From the NCBI GenBank assembly GCA_950097015.1, contig CATNEN010000039.1, positions 20,212,001 to 20,276,000 of the forward strand: DNA of 64,000 nt, written 5' to 3'. Under the pieces are notes generated by a model. That model ran no database searches and had not been told where the DNA came from. It saw nothing but the letters and a program-made list of their open reading frames with translations. Origin of the DNA: Macrostomum hystrix (lineage: Eukaryota > Animalia > Platyhelminthes). Numbering within the stretch: the stretch's first letter is position 1; every line of letters starts with the position of its first letter. The translations under genes were made by a program, and so were the position numbers. This document shows positions 25,479-38,700 of this stretch, in pieces.

Positions 25479-25855
25479 TTTAAGTCGGTAGACGAGATAG
25501 AAAAAAATGCTGTGAAATATTTTTTGTATTGATGTCGGAATTTTTTATCCTAATGCCATGAAATTCAGGAACAAACGACACATATTTTATGTATGGCATT
25601 GTATTTTAAGCATATAAGCATTGTGGAATACAGGAGCCACCTTGGAGTTACAATAAATTGTTAGCGAGAGTTCAATGTCTAGGAAACCCTGTAAGATGCA
25701 TCATAAAAAAATACAACAGCTTAATAATAGTAAAATACTTTTAGTGTTTCTCATTGTTCAACTGCATGGAACGAGAAGCGTGTTCTTAGCAATGTTAGCA
25801 AAATGGTTTTTAGATGTTTTCTTGCAAAAATAATAAGTACGTTCTGATAGATACA

Positions 25856-26762
25856 CTGACAGACAAGCTGACAGACAAGCTGACAGACAGGCTGGCAGAC
25901 AATCTGACAGACAAGCTGAGAGACAAGCTGACAGACAGGCTGACAGACAGGCTGACAGACAAGCTGACAGACGAGCTGACAGACAAGCTAACAGACAAGC
26001 TGACAGACAAGCTGACAGACAGGCTGGCAGACAATCTGACAGACAAGCTGACAGACAAGCTGACAGACAAGCTGACAGACAAGCTAACAGACAAGCTGAC
26101 AGACAATCTGACAGACAAGCTGACAGACAAGCTGACAGACAAGCTAACAGACAAGCTGACAGACAATCTGACAGACAAGCTAGCAGACAAGCTGACAGAC
26201 AAGCTGACAGACAAGCTGACAGACAAGCTGACAGACAAGCTAACAGACAAGCTGACAGACAATCTGACAGACAAGCTAACAGACAAGCTGACAGACAATC
26301 TGACAGACAAGCTAACAGACAAGCTGACAGACGAGCTGACAGACAAGCTAACAGACAAGCTGACAGACAAGCTGACAGACAGGCTGGCAGACAATCTGAC
26401 AGACAAGCTGACAGACAAGCTGACAGACAAGCTGACAGACAAGCTAACAGACAAGCTGACAGACAATCTGACAGACAAGCTGACAGACAAGCTGACAGAC
26501 AAGCTAACAGACAAGCTGACAGACAATCTGACAGACAAGCTAGCAGACAAGCTGACAGACAAGCTGACAGACAAGCTGACAGACAAGCTGACAGACAAGC
26601 TAACAGACAAGCTGACAGACAATCTGACAGACAAGCTGACAGACAAGCTGACAGACAAGCTAACAGACAAGCTGACAGACAATCTGACAGACAAGCTAAC
26701 AGACAAGCTGACAGACAAGCTGACAGACAAGCTGACAGACAAGCTGACAGACAGGCTGGCTG
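25856..26762. repeat. 12-bp satellite (CTGACAGACAAG) with a 360-bp higher-order duplication
   Basis: The variant pattern of 25981-26280 is repeated at 26341-26640. Confidence 0.95.
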
Positions 26763-26778
26763 ATGCTGGCAGACAGTT

Positions 26779-29700
26779 TCAAACGTAGCTTGCCGTAAGC
26801 AGCGGTGGCGGTGTAGGCTTCTGTGACCTGTCGCCGAGATCAGAGCCTGATTGCTGATGCTGCTGCTGCACGGTTGTGTAATGCAGCCTGTAATATTCTA
26901 GGGCGTTGCCGCTCATTTCAGCTCCGTCGGCAGCCTTCCGACCTCGCAGCAGCATTAGTGATTCGTAGTTATTCGCCACCGCAGGATTCTGGCAGCTGCC
27001 GCTTCGCTGCTGCAGCTGCTGCTGCTTGCGGGAGAAGCTCGAAGTTCCTGCAAATGCAGAGGAATTATAAATGCAACTTTTCTGACACACGCAGCTGACT
27101 CGTCAATATTCGATAGTCAATGAAAGTCAATTGTTCCTCAATGTGATTTTTAAAACCCTATGCGCGCTACTTTATTCAGTAGAGTAGTGCAGACACTCAC
27201 CGATAACATTGACGGCACCTCCGGCCTCCTCGCAGCTGCCATTGGACTGGGGATCTTCCTCCGCCATTGCGAGAGAGGATGAGGCACTTCGCTGCAGCAA
27301 CTGCTGCTGCTGCTGACTAGCTAGGCTTCGCCTTTGCTGCTGCTGCTGCTTAATCGTTGATCCGTCCTAAAAGTTGAGGAACGCAAAGAGGCCTTAGCAA
27401 CTACGACACTGACTGTGGCGTCATAAAAATAGGCCTGCTAATTTTGAATAAGTCAATTTTGCAACGCATTTACTGCCATCCTCGCTGCTGGGGTGTTAAA
27501 AAGCGAACTGTTAAAAGTGCGGAATCGCTGGCGGCCACTCTTAGCGCAGCATTTTTTTTAATGACTCCATTCGATGTTCAAAATGATGGCGGACTTGACA
27601 GACCTAATCTGCTATTTCCTGAGGCCACTTTGATGGGGGCTGTTTCGAATCTGAATTTGAGTCATTTGGCAATATCAGTTATCGCCTTGCTCTGCCCTGT
27701 ATTATTCTATTCCATTCTATTCCATTCTATTCCATTCTATTCCATTCTATTCCATTCTATTCCATTCTATTCCATTCTATTCGATTCTATTCCATTCTAT
27801 TCCATTCTATTCCATTCTATTCCATTCTATTCCATTCTATTCCATTCTATTCGATTCTATTCCATTCTATTCCATTCTATTCCATTCTATTCCATTCTAT
27901 TCCATTCTATTCCATTCTATTCCATTCTATTCCATTCTATTCGATTCTATTCCATTCTATTCCATTCTATTCCATTCTATTCCATTCTATTCCATTCTAT
28001 TCCATTCTATTCCATTCTATTCCATTCTATTCCATTCTATTCCATTCTATTCCATTCTATTCCATTCTATTCCATTATATTCCATTCTATTCGATTCTAT
28101 TCCATTCTATTCCATTCTATTCCATTCTATTCCATTCTATTCCATTCTATTCCATTCTATTCCATTCTATTCCATTCTATTCCATTCTATTCCATTCTAT
28201 TCCATTCTATTCCATTTTATTCCATTCTATTCCATTCTATTCCATTCTATTCCATTCTATTCCATTCTATTCCATTTTATTCCATTCTATTCCATTCTAT
28301 TCCATTCTATTCCATTCTATTCCATTCTATTCCATTCAATTCCATTCTATTCTAATTCATTCTATTCTTTTTTTATTTTTTTTTCATTTTATTTGTAATA
28401 TTGTGCAATATATGGAATTCTGCTGCAGAGAACACTGATTTACCAGCAAGATAATCAAAGCATTAATTCAATATCTAGCTAGTTGCAAGCTGTCACAGAG
28501 CTATGGACTACTGTTTCGAGGCGTATCAATCAGCGTCAGTATTTGCTATTCCGCCACTGCAAACATTTTTTCTGTTTTTTTGCCTGCCATCTACCCCAAC
28601 TAGTTAATAGCCTTGTCACGTTACCTGAATGTTTCAAATTGAATATTTAAATATGCTGAATCAATTGGGTCTGAATGCTAATTTGAAATTCTTAAGAACA
28701 TCTAGTACGTATACTGCCCCAATGAGAATTGTGAAAAGATAATATTAGATAATGGATAAAATTAGATAGGAAGATGAGATTCGATGAGAAGATAAGATTA
28801 GATGCGAATATGAGATTAGATGAGAAGATAAGATTAGATGAGAATATGAGGTTAGATGAGATGTTGAGATGAGATAAGATAAGAAGATGAGATTAGATGA
28901 AAATATGAGGTTAGATGAGATGATGAGATGAGATTAGATGAGAAGATGAGATTAGATAAGAAGATGGCATTAGATGATAATACGAGATTAGATGCGAAGA
29001 TGAGATTAGATGAGAAGATGAGATTAGATGAGAAGATGAGATTAGATGAGAAAATGAGATTAGATGAGAAGATAAGATTAGATGAGAATACGAGATTAGA
29101 TGCGAAGATGAGATTAGATGAGAAGATAAGATTAGATGAGAAGATGAGATAAGATGAGAAGATAAGATTAGATGAGAAGATGAGATTAGATGAGAAGATG
29201 AGATTAGATGAGAAGATAAGATTAGATGAGAAGATGAGATTAGATGAGAAGATGAGATTAGATGAGAAGATAAGATTAGATGAGAAGATGAGATTAGATG
29301 AGAAGATGAGATTAGATGAGAAGATAAGATTAGATGAGAAGATGAGATTAGATGAGAAGATAAGATTAGATGAGAAGATGAGATTAGATGAGAAGATAAG
29401 ATTAGATGCGAAGATGAGATTAGATGAGAAGATAAGATTAGATGAGAAGATGAGATTAGATGAGAAGATAAGATTAGATGAGAAGATGAGATTAGATGAG
29501 AAGATAAGATTAGATGCGAAGATGAGATTAGATGAGAAGATAAGATTAGATGAGAAGATGAGATAAGATGAGAAGATAAGATTAGATGAGAAGATGAGAT
29601 TAGATGAGAAGATAAGATTAGATGAGAAGATGAGATTAGATGAGAAGATAAGATTAGATGAGAAGATTTGATTAGATGAGAAGATAAGATTAGATGAGAC

Positions 29701-32700
29701 GGTGAGATTAGTTGAGAAGATGAGATTAGATGAGAAGATAAGATTAGATGAGAAGATGAGATTAGATGAGAAGATAAGATTAGATGAGAAGATTTGATTA
29801 GATGAGAAGATAAGATTAGATGAGAAGATGAGATTAGATGAGAAGATGAGATTAGATGAGAAGATAAGATTAGATGAGAAGATTTGATTAGATGAGAAGA
29901 TAAGATTAGATGAGACGGTGAGATTAGTTGAGAAGATGAGATTAGATGAGAAGATGAGATTAGATGAGAAGATAAGATTAGATGAGAAGATGAGATTAGA
30001 TGAGAAGATAAGATTAGATGAGAAGATTTGATTAGATGAGAAGATAAGATTAGTTGAGAAGATGAGATTAGATGAGAAGATGAGATTAGATGAGAAGATA
30101 AGATTAGATGAGAAGATTTGATTAGATGAGAAGATAAGATTAGATGAGACGGTGAGATTAGTTGAGAAGATGAGATTAGATGAGAAGATAAGATTAGATG
30201 AGAAGATGAGATTAGATGAGAAGATAAGATTAGATGAGAAGATTTGATTAGATGAGAAGATAAGATTAGATGAGAAGATGAGATTAGATGAGAAGATGAG
30301 ATTAGATGAGAAGATGAGATTAGATGAGACGGTGAGATTAGTTGAGATTAAGAGATCATATAATTAAAAGAGAGGAGTTTCATTTGATTTGATTTCCCAT
30401 TTTAAAAAGTCATCGCAAATTCTTCAGGAATGCGGCTGGGATGACAAATAGAGGATCTGAATTGAATTAGCAAATATGAACTGAACTATGAAATGACCAC
30501 TTCCTTTCAGTCAATTGTGTATCATTCGGGAAAAAAACTGTACCACTTAAAAGGCCGCCTACTGCACAGCAAAACTGTAAAAAAGCAGTGCAAAAGCAAT
30601 TTTCTTCCAAAGAAGAGAAATATCTGTTGGGGCAATAACTTTGACAAAGAAAACACTCTAAAGATGGATGGAGAGACCCGGGCCGCAGCTAGGAGCAGAG
30701 ACTGGTCGTGACATTTTTCCAGGAAATTTTCACTCGCCTTTACTCTTCAAAGGCTTCGGTCCGATTTCAATTCTGGTGTAGACAATGCTTTCCCATTTTC
30801 GCTTCTTGTCCTGCGACACTTGAAGGACAAGGGGCCATTTGCTGCGATAGCAAAGGCTGATCGAATATTTGTCTGCTGGCCTTCAGCCTTCTTTGCTATT
30901 CGCGTCTCTTCTTTAAGATTATATTTTACCTCTTTTATATTTTACCTATCTCCCTCTGTGTCTATCCCTTCATCTCCCTCTGTGTCTATCCCTTCATCTC
31001 CCTCTCTGTGTCTCTATCCCTTCATCTCCCTCTGTGTCTCTATCCCTTCATCTCCCTCTGCGTCTCTATCCCTTCATCTCCCTCTGTGTCTCTATCCCTT
31101 CATCTCCCTCTGTGTCTATCCCTTCATCTCCCTCTGTGTCTATCCCTTCATCTCCCTCTGTGTCTATCCCTTTATCTCCCTCTGTGTCTATCCCTTCATC
31201 TCCCTCTGTGTCTCTATCCATTCATCTCCCTCTGTGTCTATCCCTTCATCTCCCTCTGTGTCTATCCCTTCATCTCCCTCTGTGTCTATCCCTTCATCTC
31301 CCTCTGTGTCTATCCCTTTATCTCCCTCTGTGTCTATCCCTTCATCTCCCTCTGTGTCTCTATCCATTCATCTCCCTCTGTGTCTATCCCTTCATCTCCC
31401 TCTGTGTCTATCCCTTCATCTCCCTCTGTGTCTATCCCTTCATCTCCCTCTGTGTCTCTATCCCTTCATCTCCCTCTGTGTCTATCCCTTCATCTCCCTC
31501 TGTGTCTATCCCTTCATCTCCCTCTGTGTCTCTATCCATTCATCTCCCTCTGTGTCTATCCCTTCATCTCCTTGATCTGTGTTTCTATCCCTTCATCTCC
31601 CTCTCATGTGTCTATCCCTTCATCTCCCTCTGTGTCTATCCCTTCATCTCCCTCTGTGTCTATCCCTTCATCTCCCTCTGTGTCTCTATCCATTCATCTC
31701 CCTCTGTGTCTATCCCTTCATCTCCTTGATCTGTGTTTCTATCCCTTCATCTCCCTCTCATGTGTCTATCCCTTCATCTCCCTCTGTGTCTATCCCTTCA
31801 TCTCCCTCTGTGTCTATCCCTTCATCTCCTTCTCTGTGTCTATCCCTTCATCTCCCTCTGTGTCTATCCCTTCATCTCCCTCTGTGTCTATCCCTTCATC
31901 TCCTTCTGTGTCTATCCCTTCATCTCCCTCTCTGTATCTATCCCTTCATCTCCCTCTCTGTGTCTATCCCTTCATCTCCCTCTGTGTCTCTATCCCTTCA
32001 TCTCCCTGATCTGTGAGTCTATCCCTTCATCTCCATATGTGTCTCTATCCCTTCATCTCCCTCTGTGTCTATCCCTTCATCTCCTTCTCTGTGTCTATCC
32101 CTTCATCTCCCTCTGTGTCTATCCCTTCATCTCCCTCTGTGTCTATCCCTTCATCTCCCTCTGTGTCTATCCCTTCATCCCCCTCTGTGTCTATCCTTTC
32201 ATCTCCCTCTGTGTCTATCCCTTCATCTCCCTCTCTGTGTCTATCCCTTCATCTCCCTGATCTGTTAGTCTATCCCTTCATCTCCCTATGTGTCTCTATC
32301 CCTTCATCTCCCTCTCTGTGTCTATCCCTTCATCTCCCTCTGTGTCTATCCCTTTATCTCCCTCTGTGTCTATCCCTTCATCTCCCTCTGTGTCTTTATC
32401 CCTTCATCTCCCTCTGTGTGTCTATCCCTTCATCTCCCTCTGTGTCTATCCCTTCATCTCCCTCTGTGTCTATCCCTTCATCTCCCTCTGTGTCTATCCC
32501 TTCATCCCCCTCTGTGTCTATCCCTTCATCTCCCTCTGTGTCTATCCCTTCATCCCCCTCTGTGTCTATCCCTTCATCTCCCTCTGTGTCTATCCCTTCA
32601 TCCCCCTCTGTGTGTCTATCCCTTCATCTCCCTGTGTCTCTATCCCTTTGTCTCTCTGTGTGTCTCTATCTCTTCATCTTCCTCTCACTGCTATCTCTTC

Positions 32701-35700
32701 ATATTAGTCTGTAGTATTTTAGCTGTCTCAGTCATTCCTTAACTTTTTTGCAGAAGTGTTCCATTTCGAGACTCTTATTAATTTCTTTAGATTTCATCTT
32801 GAGATAAAAAAATTAGCGAAAAATTTCAAAAAATAGAAATGCGACTCGCGAAATTCAATCCGGTAATAATCGGCACGTCGACTGGCCTTCGCCTCCGCAG
32901 AGAAATCTAATCCAATGCACGCTGGCTGGTATTGAATGCTAAATAATATATGGGTCTTTGTCACTTGTCTCACCTCATAATACCCGCCTCCGTGCACTCC
33001 TGTGATGGCTCCCTGCATGGTCAGCGATCTGCCGGCCTCGTCTTCTGCGTAGCCGCCGACCGGACCGCCGACAACAATGAACTTCTCGCCGATGCCGCCG
33101 ACAGCTCCACCACCGAGGCTGCTGTTGCCAGCCAGTCCGATTGGGGCGCCGAGATTTCTACGATTTCTGTCGCTCTGACTGCCTGCGAACCAGTTTTGGA
33201 GACAAAATGGAAAATAAAATTGTGTGAAAGGCAGATAAGAGAGAGAGAAAGCAACGGAGAGGAGATGGGAGAAAGAGTGATGAGAGGGGGAGAAAGAGTG
33301 ATGAAGGGGAAAGAGGGGAAGAAAGAGTGATGAGAGGGGGAGAAAGAGTGATGAGAGGGGGAGAAAGAGTGATGAGACGGGAGAAAGAGTGATGTGAGGG
33401 GAGAAAGAGTGATAAGAGGGGAGAAAGAGTGATGAGACGGGAGAAAGAGTGATGAGACGGGAGAAAGAGTGATGTGAGGGGAGAAAGAGTGATGAGAGGG
33501 GGAGAAAGAGTGATGAGACGGGAGAAAGAGTGATGTGAGGGGAGAAAGAGTGATGTGAGGGGAGAAAGAGTGATAAGAGGGGAGAAAGAGTGATGAGAGG
33601 GGAGAAAGAGTGATAAGAGAGGGAGAAAGAGTGATGAGAGGGGAGAAAGAGTGATGAGAGAGGGAGAAACTGTGATGAGAGGGGAGAAAGAGTGATGAAG
33701 GGGAAAGAGGGGAAGAAAGAGTGATGAGTGGGGGAGAAAGAGTGATGAGAGGGGGAGAAAGAGTGATGAGACGGGAGAAAGAGTGATGTGAGGGGAGAAA
33801 GAGTGATAAGAGGGGAGAAGATTGAAGGATGAAGATTACAAAGAGATTTGGTGGTAAAATGAGAGAATGACAAAGGCAAGTCGAAACGAAATCTGAAACG
33901 ATTTATCCCATTTTTATCATCTCCCTTCATCAGAGGATGTTGATGGGGAGAGATCAAGTCGCTGATCACGCAGGTGATAAACAGCAAACCGTTCTCTCAA
34001 CTGCGCACTTTCATGGCAAAGTTCCTCAATGAAACAATACCCATTGCCTGAGACACTGCCATCGACTATTGGTTAAACTCCACAACTTTTAAGCTAAAAC
34101 GGTTGATGGAAGCGGTGGCACTGCGAACTGGGCTTGCTGCAGGTCTCGCTAGCAGGGTAGCTTTTTTCAATTTTTGTGCGCGAAAGTGCAACCTGGATAG
34201 CTAGGCTTTCAGCGGGGAGATGGCCTCTTAGCTGCTGCTGCTGCTGCTGCTGCTAATGCTAGCGTGAGAGTGGAATCAGAATCAGACTTCTGTATTTTTC
34301 AGATCCATCAGTCATCGAGCTGAACCAGTCTCTCAGTGTGCCCTGATTCCACTGGCTTATCTCCCTCTCACCCTGTGTGTCTGTTCCCCTCAACTGGCTT
34401 ATCTCCCTCTCACTTGTGTGTCTGTTCCCCTCAACTGGCTTATCTCCCTCTCACATGTGTGTCTGTTCCCCTCAACTGGCTTATCTCCCTCTCACCTGTG
34501 TGTCTGTTCCCCTCAACTGGCTTATCTCCCTCTCACCTGTGTGTCTGTTCCCCTCAACTGGCTTATCTCCCTCTCACCTGTGTGTCTGTTCCCCTCAACT
34601 GGCTTATCTCCCTCTCACATGTGTGTCTGTTCCCCTCAACTGGCTTATCTCCCTCTCACCTTTGTGTCTGTTCCCCTCAACTGGCTTATCTCCCTCTCAC
34701 CTGTGTGTCTGTTCCCCTCAACTGGCTTATCTCCCTCTCACCTTTGTGTCTGTTCCCCTCAACTGGCTTATCTCCCTCTCACCTGTGTGTCTGTTCCCCT
34801 CAACTGGCTTATCTCCCTCTCACATGTGTGTCTGTTCCCCTCAACTGGCTTATCTCCCTCTCACCTGTGTGTCTGTTCCCTTCAACTGGCTTATCTCCCT
34901 CTCACCTGTGTGTCTGTTCCCCTCAACTGGCTTATCTCCCTCTCACCTTTGTGTCTGTTCCCCTCAACTGGCTTATCTCCCTCTCACCTGTGTGTCTGTT
35001 CCCCTCAACTGGCTTATCTCCCTCTCACCTTTGTGTCTGTTCCCCTCAACTGGCTTATCTCCCTCTCACCTGTGTGTCTGTTCCCCTCAACTGGCTTATC
35101 TCCCTCTCACCTTTGTGTCTGTTCCCCTCAACTGGCTTATCTCCCTCTCACCTGTGTGTCTGTTCCCCTCAACTGGCTTATCTCCCTCTCACATGTGTGT
35201 CTGTTCCCCTCAACTGGCTTATCTCCCTCTCACATGTGTGTCTGTTCCCCTCAACTGGCTTATCTCCCTCTCACCTGTGTGTCTGTTCCCCTCAACTGGC
35301 TTATCTCCCTCTCACCTGTGTGTCTGTTCCCCTCAACTGGCTTATCTCCCTCTCACCTTTGTGTCTGTTCCCCTCAACTGGCTTATCTCCCTCTCACCTG
35401 TGTGTCTGTTCCCCTCAACTGGCTTATCTCCCTCTCACATGTGTGTCTGTTCCCCTCAACTGGCTTATCTCCCTCTCACCTGTGTGTCTGTTCCCCTCAA
35501 CTGGCTTATCTCCCTCTCACCTGTGTGTCTGTTCCCCTCAACTGGCTTATCTCCCTCTCACCTTTGTGTCTGTTCCCCTCAACTGGCTTATCTCCCTCTC
35601 ACCTGTGTGTCTGTTCCCCTCAACTGGCTTATCTCCCTCTCACCTGTGTGTCTGTTCCCCTCAACTGGCTTATCTCCCTCTCACCTTTGTGTCTGTTCCC

Positions 35701-38700
35701 CTCAACTGGCTTATCTCCCTCTCACCTGTGTGTCTGTTCCCCTCAACTGGCTTATCTCCCTCTCACCTGTGTGTCTGTTCCCCTCAACTGGCTTATCTCC
35801 CTCTCACCTGTGTGTCTGTTCCCCTGAACTGGCTTATCTCCCTCTCACCCTGTGTGTCTGTTCCCTTGAACTGGCTTATCTCCCTCTCACCCTAGTTTTC
35901 TCCGCCTCAAACCTTGCTTATGTCCCTCATCCTCAATCTTTTTTGAGGTTTGTAGAGCCAAACCTAATTGATTTTCTTTTAGGCGATTTTTCTGAAAATT
36001 CCACTTCTTTGTCCTTGCAGACATTCCACACGCACTCCAAAAATTACGTTCGCAATAAGAGAAATCGATAGGAGAAATTTTTTAAACTAACTGCGCGATA
36101 TGAAATTGAAATGTGTTGAACTGTTGCAATAATAAACATTGCTAGGGATATTTTCAAGTTGTTTACATCAACGGGCGATTCATTTTTTCCATGGCTGTGA
36201 AATACAGCGGTGAAGATAAAACAAGGATTTCTCGGAGATTCTAGTTTAAAGTGAACCCGGGCGATCCTTTGTGCTTGAAAGGAACATTGGGTATAGGATT
36301 TGTGAAGAAATTGATTTCACAGCCCTGAAGTCCGGTAGAAAATGATAGAGGGCGATAAATAATGTCAAATTATATCCATCCGGGTGTGTCACCAATTTCT
36401 TTATGTCAAGGAATGTCTCGCTATGTCTTGGACATTTACATATGTGACAGGAAATGCATGGCAATCACTACCAGAAAACGTCAAGGTATGTTACAGAATG
36501 AAAGGAGCGTTACTGTAGAGGATGGAATGTATGAGATCTTTGTTAATTGACACTGTTTAGAGTTTAAGCTTGATGTTATGTCAGAGAGTTACTATTGAGT
36601 TCTTAAGATCCCGATGCAGATTTGAATGGTCGGGAATGTCACAGAATGGTATGGAATGCCAGAAAATGGTATGGAATGTCATAGAATGGTATGGAATGTC
36701 ATAGAATGGTAGGGAATGTCATAGAATGGCAGGGAATGTCATAGAATGATATGGAATGTCATAGAATGGTATGGAATGTCACAGAACGGCAGGGAATGTC
36801 ATAGAATGGCAGGGAATGTCATTGAAAGTCAGGGAATGTCATAGAATGGTAGGTAATGTCATAGAATGTCAGGGAATGTCATAGAATAGTAGGGAATGTC
36901 AGGTAATGTCATGGAATGTCAGGTAATGTCATAGAATGTCATGGAATGTCATAGAATGGTAGGGAATGTCACAGAATGGCAGGGAATGTCATAGAATGAC
37001 ACGGATTGTCATAGAATGGCACGGATCGTCATAGAATGGTAGGGGATGTCATTGAAAGTCAGGGAATGTCATTGAAAGTCAGGGAATGTCATAGAATGGT
37101 AGGTAATGTCATAGAATGTCAGGGAATGTCATAGAATAGTAGGGAATGTCATAGAATGTCATGGAATGTCAGGTAATGTCATAGAATGTCAGGGAATGTC
37201 ATAGAATGGTAGGGAATGTCACAGAATGGCAGGGAATATCATAGAATGACACGGATTGTCATAGAATGGTATGGGATGTCATAGAATGTCATAGAATGTC
37301 AGGTAATGTCATAGAATGTCAGGTAATGTCATATAATGGCAGGGAATGTCATAGAACTGCAGGGAATATGATAGAATGGCAGGCTATATGATAAAAGCCA
37401 GGAAATATTATAGAACAATCTATGTTTACTCAGCAATTTTTATGTCCTACTCCCAATCGGCTAGAACGATTGAGTCACAAACTGGGGTATCGCATTGCAA
37501 CAGAATAAGTATTCTCAAAGCAACACAATTTCGAGTAGATCACTGATCCCTGGTCTCCAGACAGCACCTGTTGCCACCTAGGTTAGCTAATTCCCTGTCA
37601 GTTAGCTGGACCAACTCACTGCTTTATTCCCCGGGACAAAGTGCCTCATTGATCCGCTATTGTCACACACTTACCACTGAATATTTTTAAATATATTCTC
37701 ACTTGGCTATTGGTTGGACTCACTGAGTGTATGGGATTAGCATCACAGGGACTGGTATGGAGGCAGCAACAATGGACTCTGAATGGGATTTCAGCTGGGG
37801 AATACTGTAGCGTGACAAAAAACTCGAGGAAATTTTTTACAAAATCCCTGCTCACTGCAGGTTGCGAAGCTATGACGGATATGCAGTTATAGAGTCTATA
37901 GAATCCTAGAATTGCTCAAATATGATGTTTGCTCCGACTCGACTATCAATTATACACTTTTAACAGAGCTGTTGAAAACTGGCTTTTTGGAATAAATAGG
38001 GCCTTCTTGCCTTGGTGGACCCCCTCTTCGGATTGGCTGTTCTCACCTTTATCTACCTCTTAATTTTCGTTTCTCTTTTGAATTATTCATGTCTACCTCT
38101 CACCCTCCTTGTCTAACTCTCACCCTCCTTGTCTATCTCTCACCCTCCTTTTCTACCTCTCACCCTCACTAATCAACCTGTCACCGTCCTTATCTACCTG
38201 TCACCGTCCTTATCTACCTGTCACCCTCCTTTTCTACCTCTCACCCTCACTTATCAACCTGTCACCGTCCTTATCTACCTGTCACCCTCCTTTTCTACCT
38301 CTCACCCTCACTTATCAACCTGTCACCGTCCTTATCTACCTGTCACCGTCCTTATCTACCTGTCACCGTCCTTATCTACCTGTCACCTTTCCCACCTGTC
38401 TCCCTGACCCTTCTTATTTGTCTGAATTAGTCTAGTCATGCCGAGTTTCTCACCCCTGATTCGTCTGCGGCAGGACAGCAGGGCGAAGGCTACCAGCAGC
38501 ATGAGGACAAAAGCCACGGTCACCGCAATCAGGCTGCCAGCGATGACCACCATGCTGTCGCTGCTGTCGCTGCTAACACCGACGCGACCGCCACCGCTGC
38601 CGCCAGCGCCATCGCCGCCACCGGCGACTCCGCCGCCGAATCCGCCGCTCTCCGAATGCGCTCGACTGCCGAAGTCGCCGCTGGCGGAATCGACACCGAG

